From Schizochytrium sp. TIO01 (Eukaryota; Protista; Bigyra: Labyrinthulomycetes), in the NCBI GenBank assembly GCA_004764695.1, contig SMSO01000025.1:3943094-4007093 (forward strand): DNA of 64,000 nt. Direction: 5' to 3'. The number at the start of each line of letters is the position of its first letter. Positions within the stretch are counted from its first letter, which is position 1. Both the position numbers and the translations under genes were made by a program. Shown in pieces: positions 10,160 to 22,660 of this stretch. The notes under the pieces were generated by a model. That model was not told the DNA's origin, ran no database searches, and saw only the letters and a list, made by a program, of their open reading frames with translations.

Positions 10160-11188
10160 CTAGAGCTGCTCTGCCAAAATTTCAGGAATCAATGTGTTTG
10201 TGGGCTTGCAAAGGTGCGAACTTGAGGCGTCAGCATCGTATCGCACCGCACCGGCTCCCGGGATATATGTGGCGTCCGGAAGCGCCGAAGCTGCCTTGCC
10301 AACAATAATGGTTGCAGGTGACTTTATGGCGATTGCACGGCACTGCGTAGCAATATCGGAGAGTGTGCCTCGAACAACACGCTGGCCAGGTAGAGTGGCA
10401 CGCTCAACAACTGCAACCGGGGTAGACGCAGGATATGAGCAACGTGTCTGAAGACGGTCAATGAGTGATTCCATGCGCGAGACTGCCATGAGAAAAACTG
10501 CAGTGCGGCTTTCGTCGAATGGAGCTGGTTGCCGCGGCACGGAGTCGTACTTGCCGTGGCCAGTAGCCACAACCACCTGATCTGCTACTCCACGCGTTGT
10601 GACCGCAAGACCAGCAGCAAGGGGAGCAGCAAAGGCGCTTGAGATACCGGGGATTACGTCAATCGTAAAGCCATGTTTCTGCACCACCTCAACCTCTTCA
10701 CCTCCTCGGCCAAATAGGAAGGGGTCGCCACCCTTGAGTCGCGCAACGTCGTACCCCTGTTCGAGAAATTGGATCATCCATTGGTGGAGTTCGTTTTGTG
10801 CAAAGTTTGCGCACCCTTTGGCTTTTCTGGACCTCACCACGCGGCCTCTTACGAGCGCCACTATGGGCTCTGGAACGAGCTGATCGACAATGACAACGTC
10901 AGCTTCAGCCAGGGCCCTTCGTGCCGCCATGGTGAGGAGTGCAGGGTCTCCAGGCCCGGCTCCGACAAGTCTGCAACGAGGCTTGACGAGTCCACATCTT
11001 CTAAGCACAATAGCTTGAGCTCGAAGAAGCCATCCGAGGCGCTCAAGGTGGACTCCAAGCACCACAAGAGCAATGGCAGATGTCATAAATACGAGGTTCG
11101 ACGATGATGCCGGTGGCCACCACCACAACGTCGTGGATGCCCACATGCTTGCATCTCCGAATGACTCTTGAAGGGTTTCAACCGTCAT
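10160..11188 (-). CDS. Uroporphyrinogen-III C-methyltransferase (SUMT; siroheme biosynthesis, CobA/CysG/MET1-like)
   Basis: LVGAGPGDPALLT, RLKGGDPFLFGRGGEE, VIPGISSAFAA, TPVAVVERATLPGQR and SPATIIVG. Hydrophobic N-terminal segment. Confidence 0.92.
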   Translation of the reverse strand: MTVETLQESFGDASMWASTTLWWWPPASSSNLVFMTSAIALVVLGVHLERLGWLLRAQAIVLRRCGLVKPRCRLVGAGPGDPALLTMAARRALAEADVVIVDQLVPEPIVALVRGRVVRSRKAKGCANFAQNELHQWMIQFLEQGYDVARLKGGDPFLFGRGGEEVEVVQKHGFTIDVIPGISSAFAAPLAAGLAVTTRGVADQVVVATGHGKYDSVPRQPAPFDESRTAVFLMAVSRMESLIDRLQTRCSYPASTPVAVVERATLPGQRVVRGTLSDIATQCRAIAIKSPATIIVGKAASALPDATYIPGAGAVRYDADASSSHLCKPTNTLIPEILAEQL

Positions 11189-14100
11189 TCTGTAGTATAT
11201 TCTCGTCAGCGACTGTGGTCAAAGGCGAGCAATAGAGAAGAAGAGGTCTTCTGGAGCTGGCCCTGCCGCCTTGGTTTCTAGCACAGAGTTCTTGGAGTTC
11301 GTGGATGCGTCTTGGCAGCTTGCTTAACTTACGTGTACCCTGCTTGCTCGTCTCGATTCTGCGTGCAGGTAGCAGCGTGCGTGCAGTATCGCTGAGATAG
11401 GCTCACGTCACGGGCCAGAGCAAAGGGGGCTGTCGGCTGCAGGTTTGCCGGCGCCCGAAACACAAGATTGGCTGCGCTCTGTTTTCCTTCGACCAGGCAA
11501 GTGAAGCGAAAAGCAGAACAGTACTTATTGTGCTATTGGTTCTTCTTCTTTTTCCTTTGCGATGTTTTGCTTTCAAGTTGATTCTCTTCAAGTTTTATTA
11601 TTATTATTATTATTATATATTATTTTTAATGAACGCTGAAGATTTCCTCAATTACTTTAATTCGGATTATAGTTTTTTTGTTTCTTTTTTGTTTCCTTTT
11701 TTAATAATAAATAACATAAATAACAATAACAAATCAAAACAACACAAAACAATTTTCCTTTGTCCAAAATATAAATGAAAATGACACCACGATTCTTAAA
11801 CTTTTGAACATTTTAAATCAAGGCGATCACTTCTGCACGGAGAAGAGTAAACACTGAAGTGAAAACGAGGGCATCATCATCATCACAGATTGATTGATTG
11901 ATGAATCCGACGTGCGTTTCTCCTGATCCTAATAAGCTGCCTCGTGGGCGCTCGAGGTGAGCGCCGGAGCTGCTCGGAGTGCGGAGAACTCATCATCGGC
12001 GGCGCTCGCTCGGGCACGCGAGCCCGAAGACAAGAGACAAAGACCCTGTAAATGTGCGGGAGTGACCCATAACTTTCTGAAGAAGTGGTAAACTAAAACT
12101 GCCTACCACGCGAGCAGTCGCTACGGGTTTCGAGCGCTCGCTCGGCAAATTAGCTTCTCCAGACTCGCCTACTTGCTTTTCGCGGAGCCCAGAAACAAAG
12201 CTAGACAACCACAGACGGGAGTCTCCCGGCCTTGGCAACAGCTCTCTCCTTCCTGTCCGCGAGCAGAGCGTCGATTGAGAGGGAGGGTGAGTGTGGGAAC
12301 GACTGTGGGAGGGAGGGGTCACCATCCTTGCACGAAACGGGCCTTTAGGCTGCTGCCTCGGCAGGTGAGCAAGTAAGTCAGTACCTGCCTCCGCTTGGGC
12401 TCTTCTTCGAAAAGGAATGAGATATTCCTCCTCTTTACAGCAACTGGCTTCCATACAGAGAGAGAGAGAGAAGACGCTGCAACGCCATAGAAACATTGCG
12501 CTCACCTGGCAGTCCCTCTAAAAAGAAAACTAGCGCCCTACTATTGTCTGTGTTGGCAGCTTGGAGGCTTTCGAGGCCTTGGCAGTTTGTTGCAGCTGTT
12601 GAAAGGTGACAGTATGTGACATTACAAATTAAAATACAGCAGCTCCCAGCGGCGTTGAAGCGAGAGTCTCCCTCTCACGGAACTGCTCGAGACAGGATCA
12701 GCGTTTTGTTTGGAGATCCGGCGCAGTCAGACTTTCAAGGGAGGTGATAAGTGGCGGCAAATCACGAGGAAGGTGGCATGGAGGGCTCATGGCTCAGCTG
12801 CCTTTCTCGCTCTGTAGACAGCCGATGCTGCAGCGTCGACTTTAAGGATTCGAGCCTCGGGCGTGTTTTCAAGACAGAACGTGAGAAAGTTGAAAGTCTG
12901 AATGATACAGGGAATTCTGGGGTTCCTTTCATGGAGTGGCATCTCTATCTCTTCCCGTGCCATAGTAGTAGAGTATTGGGAGAGATAGTCTGCGGACCGT
13001 TTCTTTGCGCTCCGTTTTTGCTGTTATTACTGTCGTCGTGTAAAGCTACGGTTGAGTATATCATTTCAAAATTCTCTGTCTCATCCAGACTAGTGCTAGT
13101 GGCCTAAATACGATGTCTTTTGTCTTGAGGGCATAAAGGACACCGAATATGCAGAGGGCTCTGATCCCTCGCTTTCCAAGTTAGTGGCAGAGCTTAGTAT
13201 CTCACTTCCACTTATGGAGGTAGGACGTGGTGTTTGGGCAGTGCACAGAGCTTTACAGGAAGAATGAATGGATGAATGAATGAATGAATGAAAGAGAGAC
13301 AATATTTCCTATCTGCTAGCCATTCTAATGCTTTCGAGCCCCACCTTACAGCAATAGCTGCAACCACTACCTATAAGCCACTTTATCTTTTAGAACCTAC
13401 TATTACTTAGTAAAGCAATCTTAACCGACACTGCTGGCGAATAGGAAGAAGCAGTCAGTATCAGCCACTATCTGTTTTCCCATAGTACCCTGAACAGGCA
13501 GAACTGTGTGAGAGCCTGCTCAGTCGACGAAGGTGCTGGTGACTGTGCCTCTGTACCCATTTCCAAGAACCCAAAACAGAACAAAGTCGCCATGCGGTAT
13601 CCTGTAAGCTCATATGACCCTTGCCTAATAACTCTTCAATGGGGTCTCGTGTTTCAAAGTACTCGGTACTTGAATCGAGGAGAACAGGTTTTTCTGTTTT
13701 TTGTTTTTGTTTTGTTTTTTAAATTGAAAGTGTAGAAGATCGAGAGCGTCGTTAATAGGGAGGATACTTATCTCTCTCGAATTCCAAGAAGGAGGAGGAC
13801 GCGTTCAGGCGATTTAAACAGGCACGTGGGGCAGTCCTGGCGTCGCCAGATCTTCGTGCAAACAAGGCCATTCCACAGTGCTGAAGCACGCCCCACAGCA
13901 TCGAGATCACCTCTCATCGAGCGGAGGTATCTGTGGAGAGGAGGCATTTTTAATGGAGGAGACGCTGGCAATCCGTCTGATGAGGTCTCTGGAGGTCACT
14001 GTGGGCTAGGCTTTTGATTGACTCGCTTCTGTAAGATCAGCTAACAGGGCGACCTTGACTGTTCGCACTTTTAATTTTAACAAAGAATTGAAAATAGTTC

Positions 14101-17100
14101 TTCTTCTTCTTCTTCCTTTTTAAAAACAGTATGTTGAATTAAACATGTTTATATAAATATGAGTTGTAAATAGAGTGAAACAATATTTTTAAACTTAGTA
14201 TAAGGACTTTTCCTCAACATTATAATTGTCTGCACTTGGTGAAACACCAGTGGTTCGATTTCACTTTGGTTTTCTCCTGCATCTGATATACATGTGTCCA
14301 AGGACCCGACAGAGCAAGCCTTCTCAGGCTACCTCTTCTCCACCTATTAAAGCGGTATTAAATGTCTTCTTATCAAAGCCCGGCACTGTCAGCAAAGAAT
14401 CATTGATGTTTATCATATGATGTCTATCTATTTTGTTGATTTGTCATTGAGAAATAATCTTTCGTTTTCCTCATCACTAGCCTTCCAACTAGCTAGTATC
14501 ACTCCTAGTGTGCGCATAACTAGTGCTACCACGAGACGCCTGAGACTGCAATTTTGCAGATGACGCAGAGTGTGGAAGCAAGTTATCCGAGCAGCCGAAG
14601 CAAACGCCTCCGAGACTCGAGGAAGACAGCGCAGAGCGGCTAGAAGCCGGTGGCTGCAGGTTTGTTTAAGCAGCAAGTGCATACGGGTCCACAGGATCTC
14701 GTTAGCTCCTCAGCCACTGCTTTTGTGGCCCTCTTCTGCAAAACGTATGCTTGATTGGACGGTGGTCTCTATGATTACCACGAGGATTATAGATGCAATA
14801 ACGTCTGCACAGTATTGTTATTCTTATTATTACTATTAAATAAATAAAAAAGAAAGTTTAAGTTTAAGTTAAGTTAAGTTAAAGCAATATTCTTATTTTA
14901 TTTTTTAAAAATATAATATTCATTTCATATTTAAGAAATGAAGTATGAAAACGTTTTAGATTCATTGACGTTTCTCCTGGATTTAGAATAAAAGGAGGAC
15001 CAGGTACTACTACCTACTGCTACCTGGTTGTGGTAAGTGCTGTTTGACGCGAACGGCGAGTCAGATGGATCTTCAAGATTGCTGAGAACATTTGATTGGT
15101 GGCTATTATGCTTCTTCTGATTCTGCTTCTGCTTCTGCTTCTGCTTCTGCTTCTGCTGCCAAGCCATCGCGACGCGCATTGGGCAGAATCGAGGATCGAA
15201 GGGAGTGCTGCGACGCGTGGCCTGATCATCTTTCTGTTTCTTCCAAGCGGCTGCTAGAGAGGGAGTGAGCCAGTCCGCCAATCACAGGAATGAGCCTTGA
15301 ATCATCATCGCTGAGGCGGCTCGAGCCGAGCTGTTTCAAAGGCAGATCCTGCGGAAGAGAGCCTGGCCAGCCCGTGCCTCCTTTTCCTTTCATCTGCGCG
15401 AAGATCTCTTTCTTCTGCTCCCTCTCCGTGCTCTTCCGTAATGGATGGGTATTCAGGTAGGTATTAGGCATTCACTCTCTCTCTCTTTGATGCTGCGTGT
15501 CGCTGCTTTAGCTCTCGAGTTTGTGAGGCTGCCTTGTCGCTTTGATATTCAGCGGCTGCGATCATGCATGCATAGTCAAGATCGCGTGAGCCAGCTTTCG
15601 CTTTCTGTGCTTGAGCTCATATGGGGTATTCGTGTATTCATGTGTTTATGCATGCATGCATGCATGCATGAAGAATGGATCTTCGTCTAAGCAGTCGTCG
15701 ATGGCTGCGTTTTCCATGGATGGTTTGAGTGAGGCGGCGCCTTCCTGAGAAGCTCGATAGCTAATGATCCATTGCGGAGGATGGGCGCCTGGATTCCGAC
15801 TATCGAGACCACGGTGAGATCCCTGCTCGGCAACTGCGAAATGAGCTCTCGCCATCTCCGATGGGTTCCATGAATGGTTGGTTTCTAGCTTGTCGATTTA
15901 TGGATTTATGAAACGATTAGGATTCTTGAATCCTGGTTTGTGGTTCGTGGTGGCAGGGCACGATCCACTTGAGCCGCAGCAGTCTTCGAGGAGTTAAAAA
16001 ATGTAGACAGTGCTTGCTGCAGATAATTGTTCGATTGTTCAATCACGCTGGCGACGTTTCGCCCTGAAGAACCTGTGTCGGGACTAGCGGGCTTCGGAGT
16101 CGTCCTCTGCCTCTGCCTCTGTGTCTTCGCGCGCATGAGTTGCGGCGATGCAGCACAGGCATTCTCTCTTAAGCTCTGCTTCCAGCGGCTTCAAATGAAA
16201 AGATACACCGCTCATAAAGTATCACTCAGCTTAGAGACCAACTCGAAGTTACACTCGTTTATGCTATCGATTAATTAATCTTGAAGTCTCCAGGCTTGCT
16301 TTTCAAAGAAGGCACCTCTCCTTCTGTATATCAGAACTTCTCAAGTGACGCTTTTCTAGTGCGTTCTTTCGTGTTACTGGTTGATAGAGAATTTGTTTGA
16401 GAGCCGGAGCCTATGAAGGGCCTATGCGCTGCTAGCGCAGTGAGTCTCGGTTGAACGATATACCACAAGAGAACTTGAAGAACGAACACGCGCCACTTCC
16501 TGCTACTTCTGCTACAACCTTTGTACTATGGTTCGTCCATCATAGTTTGTTTGGCATTGTTGTTCTTGCTTCCGGTGAATAGGTAGGTAGGTAGGTAGGT
16601 ATGGTAAGGAGGGAGTCAAGGTAGGTAATGGAGTGAGATCTAACAGGCAGTTGCGCCAAGTCGGGACATGCGCCTTCCGAGCGGCTCCCTTCCAATCAGA
16701 GCTAGCAGCTTTCTATAACTGATAAAAATGTGGTTACTGGCATCTAGTTCACACCAAGCCCCTGAAAGCTATAGCTTTACACCAGAGCTCACTTCTTCCA
16801 TTGACTGCTCGTAGGCAGCTTTTGCGGACCATAAATTTGGCTCATTTAGGCCGACACTTTTGGAGCTTTTGAAAAACTATTTTATTTTTTAATTAAATAA
16901 AGAAAACTTTATATTGTGTATCACTTATATTCTTACCCTTATACAGGCAGTTAGCTATAACGTGCAACCCTGATGGTGCTTATTTCCTCCTGGTATCCGC
17001 TTCTTAGTCAGTTAGTTTGCTTGTTTGTTTGTTGTTGCCAAGCCCGTACTTAAAGAGAAGTTCGCCTGGTTTAGTTTGGTTTGTTATTCCTTCTTCTTTA

Positions 17101-18992
17101 AAAGCAAAAGAATCTCAAGAATTAAATTTGAGAAAAAAACAAAGTAATGTTTGTATGTCTCAAGTAAAGGAAAGGAAAGAAAACGAATAAGAACTCGATA
17201 TCAGGAGTGCTTAGTTACTTCGCCAAGAAAGGTCGACCAAAGAGAGACAAAGGAGATCTACACCAGCAAAGGCTCGGAATCGCCCATGATCAGAGGGTGG
17301 CGACGCCTGGTCTTTGTTGGGCCACATATAGCAGCAGCAAATGCTGACCTCTTGACCCTCCCTCCTTTTGACCGCTGCCCAAGTTTAAGAATGAATGAGT
17401 GAGTGCATGAATGTGCGTTGCGGTCGACGAAAGCAAAGGCTGTCCTGCTCGAAGATCGCAAGGTGCTGCACGAGCCGCGTCCACGCCCGAACCTGCTCCT
17501 CGGAGTCCTTCCCTCGCCGCCCGCTGCTCGTCGGCCAGGCCCTCGCCGAGAGTTCGAAGGCCTCGCAAGATCTGGATGCGAAACCAAGACTCGGCAGACT
17601 CGAGGTGCTCTTGAGACCCTGCGCAAAAGATAAGAGGCCGGCGCTACATTTAGAGGCGATAGCGCGAATAAGAGACAGACTGGCAAATGTGAGGAGCTGT
17701 AGCGAATACTTGTTTGTTTGATTGTTTGATTGTTTGATTGTTTGATTGTTTGTTTTACTCAGCTTCAAGCTGGCTTTGGCGGAGTTTTTTGATTTCGAAA
17801 AATTACAAAGGGGCAAAAGCAAGTGAGTAATAACGGGCCGTGATTGCGGCTGCGGTTCGATAGAGCCAATGTTCTCATCTTCAACAGCAAGGTCGTGTAA
17901 ACAAGCGAGAGGTTGATGCAACCACTGGCCTGAATGCAACCCCTGTGCTTGGAAATGGTTGCAAGCCTACCTTGGAATTTCTTCGATGCGATGCGAAATC
18001 ATCAACACGTTTTGATTTGAGGCTGTCGATATGCCTTTCAATTTTCCTTCTTTTCTTAATTGCTTCCTAACTTTCGAATTCCAGTGAGACTGTTTTTAAC
18101 TCTGTTTTAAAACTAAATCGGCGTGCGACCCTCGCAAGATAAATTCAACCTCGAATTCCCTAATCTTACATCACGGTCACGCGACAAGAGTGTGGCACGA
18201 GCCCGGATTGCGCCCGAGCAAAACAGAGCGTCGTGTTTTGTGGAAAACAAAACAAAGCAAAGCAAAGCAAAGAAGGCAAAGTAAAGCAAAGCAATCAAAT
18301 TACCGCTTATCCAGATCTTTGGCTTCGTGCACCGGCATTCTACTCGTCACCCGTCAATCGATCGACTCGTCATACAAATTAGTGCGTACTAATAAGTATT
18401 TGTTTTCACTTTTTCTTTTTAATTAAAAAATAAATTTTAAAAATGGGTTAGCATGATATAAAATTTTGATATTTTAATATTTGTTTTTTCCTCAGATTAC
18501 ATACTTCTAAAAGTTTTATGTTTTCTTTCAAAGTGAGGTGAAATGGAGTAGAGAGAACTTCAAGTCTTTGTCTTTTCGAAAACAATAATTTTGACTTCCC
18601 TGTGATTCAGCCATTGTGTCCCATGCTAAAATTGATCATTGGTAAAGGGGGACTAAGGAGACTCCAGGGAGAGAACTTGAGAACCAACTGCATAAGTGAT
18701 TATTACTCCAGAGTGAGTTTGAAAACAAACAAAGAAATAGACAAACAAACGAGAGAGCAAAACATAAGAGAATAACGCAAAAGCGCGAAAGAACCGTCGC
18801 GGGATCGGCCAACGAGTCGATCGAGCAGCAGAACTCCTTGAAGCAAACCCGAAACTTGGCCAGCAGCAGCACAACCCCTAAAAGCATACAAACATTTGTC
18901 TCGAAAGACATCAAGTAGTCTACCACCTTCTCAAGAGATCAAGACATTGCTGAGCCAAGAACAAGAAACCTCCCGCCGCTTTAAATTCAAAA

Positions 18993-20594
18993 ATGGGTTG
19001 CAAAGTTGGCGCCACTGGCGGTATCTCTCGTGATATTCGCAATCAAGAGTACAATGGTGTACCCCTCGATGAGTATGGCCGCACCACGGAGTTTCGCGTG
19101 TTTTCCTGCATGCGCCCCTGGTACCGCGCCTTCCATGCCTCCTGGGTGTCGTTCTTTGTTGCCTTTTGTGGTTGGTTTGCCATTGTACCTGCGCTAGAGT
19201 ACATGGTTGCTGACGACAGCAATGATATCACCAGTTCTGTGCAAAAGACCTCAAACATTGTCTCTGTGCTTGGTACGATTTTCATCCGCTTTGCCTTGGG
19301 CCCCATCTGCGAACGCTTTGGTCCTCGTCGGCCGCAAGGTATCCTTCTGATTGGCGGCGGTATCCTCGTCTGCTTTTCGTCCATGATTAAGTCTGCTACT
19401 GGCCTCTACGCTCTCCGCTTCTTCATTGGTATCGTTGGTGGTGCATTTGTGCCATGCCAGTACTGGACAACAATGATGTTTGGTACACGTGTGGTGGGTA
19501 CTGCCAACGCATTTGCTGGTGGCTGGGGTAACCTCGGTGGTGGCTTTGCCATGTTCTTTGTAGCTTCAATCATCAAGTCTATTCGCCACAACGGTGTTGC
19601 AGATGAGACTGCCTGGCGCTACGCTATGCTCGTCCCTGGTCTCATCATGATTGCTGTTGCCATTCCTATGCTTCTCATCAGCGATGACTGCCCGCAAGGC
19701 AAGTGGAACGATCGCCTCTACAACGACCCGTCCGCAGAAAACTTGATTGAGGGGGGGGATATTGAGAAGAAGGATGATACCAAGCCTGTTAAGAAAGCAA
19801 CCAACCTTGAGGTTGTCCTTGACTACCGTGTCTGGATTATGGCTGCAATTTATGCCTCTTGCTTTGGCGTTGAGCTTGCACTTAACAACTCTCTCTCTAG
19901 CTTCCTGTATCGTTACTTCAACACTGATATTGAAGGCTGCACTGACCTCGCTGTTCAGACCGCCACTTCATACCCGGCAGCATGCTCTACCCTTGGAAAG
20001 GACACTGCTTCGCAAATCTCCTCTCTCTTTGGACTCATGAACCTTTTTGCCCGCGCTCTTGGCGGCATCTGCAGTGATTTTGCTTTCCACCGTGTCGGTA
20101 TGCGTGGTCGCCTCGCCGTGCTCTTTGTTTGCCTTATTGGTGAGGCCACGATGCTTTTGATCTTTAGCCGGCTTACGGAGGTCCCTTCTGCCATCGCTGT
20201 CCTCATTCTTTTCAGCACCTTTGTGCAAGCAAGTGAGGGTGCAACCTTTGCAATTGTGCCTTTTATTAACGTTGGCAACATTGGTGTCGTTGCTGGCATT
20301 GTTGGCGCTGGTGGTAACATTGGTGCTGTTTCCTGGTCCACCATGTTCAAGAGCATTGACAGCCAACGCACGAGTTACCTCTATCTGGCCTTTATTATCT
20401 TTGGTATCTCTGCCCTTATCACCACAGTTCATGTTCAGGGCACTTGGATCCTTGGTTGCCAGTCAAAGAATTCTTCTGAGGCCGAGACTGCTTCTGAGTA
20501 CTCTGAGGACTTCTCCCACCATGACACAGACCTCATTGAGAGCAACGGAGAGAAGGTCACCACGAAGGGTATTGCGCCCATCACCAAGGTTTAA
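18993..20594 (+). CDS. NRT2: High-affinity nitrate transporter, NRT2/NNP family (MFS)
   Basis: RAFHASWVSFF, CERFGPR, nitrate signature VGTANAFAGGWGNLGGG, YASCFGVEL, FGLMNLFARALGG and GIVGAGGNIG; about 12 hydrophobic segments. Confidence 0.95.
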   Translation: MGCKVGATGGISRDIRNQEYNGVPLDEYGRTTEFRVFSCMRPWYRAFHASWVSFFVAFCGWFAIVPALEYMVADDSNDITSSVQKTSNIVSVLGTIFIRFALGPICERFGPRRPQGILLIGGGILVCFSSMIKSATGLYALRFFIGIVGGAFVPCQYWTTMMFGTRVVGTANAFAGGWGNLGGGFAMFFVASIIKSIRHNGVADETAWRYAMLVPGLIMIAVAIPMLLISDDCPQGKWNDRLYNDPSAENLIEGGDIEKKDDTKPVKKATNLEVVLDYRVWIMAAIYASCFGVELALNNSLSSFLYRYFNTDIEGCTDLAVQTATSYPAACSTLGKDTASQISSLFGLMNLFARALGGICSDFAFHRVGMRGRLAVLFVCLIGEATMLLIFSRLTEVPSAIAVLILFSTFVQASEGATFAIVPFINVGNIGVVAGIVGAGGNIGAVSWSTMFKSIDSQRTSYLYLAFIIFGISALITTVHVQGTWILGCQSKNSSEAETASEYSEDFSHHDTDLIESNGEKVTTKGIAPITKV

Positions 20595-21852
20595 ATATCG
20601 TAAACTCCCCCCTTTCCTGTAAACACACAAAATCGGTGTTATTTTAATATGCTTCCTGCTACATCTGCTCAACATACAAACACAAATCATCAAGATTACA
20701 ACCTCTACTCTGTCGAGTCAACTTTTCTAAAAATAATCACATCTATCCACATTTTATCACCATTTTATTTTCCCATCGCATTCGCAAAGTTTTCCTTACA
20801 CTCATTTGCCACGCTTCTTGTATATAGCGTTAACTTTGAGCTTTGTGCTGACATGTTTCATTCTAATGTCACTTTTAATTATAACTTAAGTTGTCAAGGT
20901 TCCACCAAATTGAAATTAAGCCTAAGAGCTGCCGAGGTATCTTTCTTGCAAAGACGAGCTGTTGATGGCCCTGCTTGTCATGTCTCTTGCTCACTTACAG
21001 GATGATACTCTTTTATATTAAAAATTAAAAATGTTTCAAACAGCTAATCATTTGCCAACGACCTTTTATATTAGTCAAATTTAGGTGATGGGCTTTGAGG
21101 GAGACTTCGCTGAGTATTGAATAAATAAGGTTACTAGCAATCGCTTCTCACTAGATCCCAGAGACTATATGCCATTCCTCCCGCCATGATGACAGCCAAC
21201 AGGACTCATTCCTAACGAAGATCGAATAACTTTTGGAATCGCTCGAAATCACAACTTTTGATATTAAAATAAATTCTTTCTAAGTTTAGAATGACAGCAT
21301 TTCAAAGAAATACAAAGAAATACAAAGAATTGCTGAGTACACTCAAGATTGGCAATACAAAGATTAGTGAAGAAATTTGTCATTAGAAAGAAGCACGATA
21401 CGCGCCCAAGGTATGGCGTATAACAAATAAAAAAGAAAGGCAGAGGTGAAGGGTTACATATGCCAATAATGTTCCGCTGACATTTCACACTTCTTCAAAT
21501 TCTTTGAAATAATGAAGACATTGCCCAATCGCATCGTTTTCCAAAATGGAGATGAGGGTAGTAAGAAATTTTCAAGAGCTTTTGATACAGCACAGTGTTA
21601 AATCATGTTCTAAAATTGAAATTTTGTCATTTGTATTTTTAACCGTAGCTTTGTTCATTTCCAAGGCCTCTTCACATGATATTCCCTGTGACTGTGGAAA
21701 ACCCTAATCCAAAGACCATGTATACACTCAGTTGCGGGAATTTGCGGCTAATCATTTCTAGTCCTAAAGCACATAGCGAAATGTAATGGCAACAAATATA
21801 TGCTTGATAAGCCTCAGTATTTATTGAAGGTTAGCTTGTGTAGACGAGAGGT

Positions 21853-21899
21853 ACCCTGGCAAGAGAGTGAACCCTGGCAAGAGAGTGAACCCTGGCAAG
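21853..21899. repeat. Short tandem repeat, 18-bp unit x2.6
   Basis: ACCCTGGCAAGAGAGTGA occurs twice, followed by ACCCTGGCAAG. Confidence 0.8.
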
Positions 21900-22660
21900 T
21901 GGTGGAATAAATTCTTGCCAAAGAATCTGAAAGAGGAAAGATTAATATTAAGGCCATTGAGGTTCCACATACAGACAGGTTGAGTGAATAATGTTGGACA
22001 AAAGGGTTAGGTTAGCCTCGGCTGAGGGAAGGCATCTAGCTGGTTATTAATTCAACGGTGTTCAAGACTATATATTTGCACTACACATTAAGAAGTGTGC
22101 GAATAGCTGAGGTATGGCGTAAAGGTCACAAGCCCAGACGTCTCAACCTCTCCAGATCTGTGCAAGACGAATTACCCCTAAACTTGCTCATTTTAAATTT
22201 ATAGCATAATCTTCCATTTGCGAGGTGTACATTAGAATCCAAATATTACACAGTATTCTCCAAAACTTTCACACATGCTACCCTATTCTTGCCAGCCAAA
22301 GATACCTAGTTTACTCTCTCAGTAGTTCGGAGAAGGGATTCTACATGAATCATTTTTAAGAAAAAGGTTGGAAGTTCCAAATTTTAATACTTTGCTAAGA
22401 GATTAAGGGATTGGATCAAGTGCTAGTCGATGCTTAATGATCTGACTGAAGCAGAACAAGAAATGCCAATGTCACAGATGATCAAATTCTTGCTGATACG
22501 AGTTAGAGACTTTGTATTATAGGAGTAAGATTGTATATCATGTTAATATTTTGTAAGGCCTCTTGTTAAAGACAAAGAGGAATAACTTGAAGAAATATAC
22601 ACTTCGGGAAAATATTGCTTAGGAGCAATCATATTAGCGAGCATGCCGTTTTAAGAGAAT

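Noticed and set aside
18396-18495. Possible 5'-UTR intron of NRT2 (GTATTT..TTTTTTCCTCAG)
   Set aside because: Weak donor and no transcript evidence; it could simply be an AT-rich spacer.
11403-18926. Numerous 60-180-aa ORFs in the SUMT-NRT2 spacer (and similarly at 26016-29912)
   Set aside because: Low-complexity or microsatellite-driven, overlapping in several frames, with no recognisable motifs.
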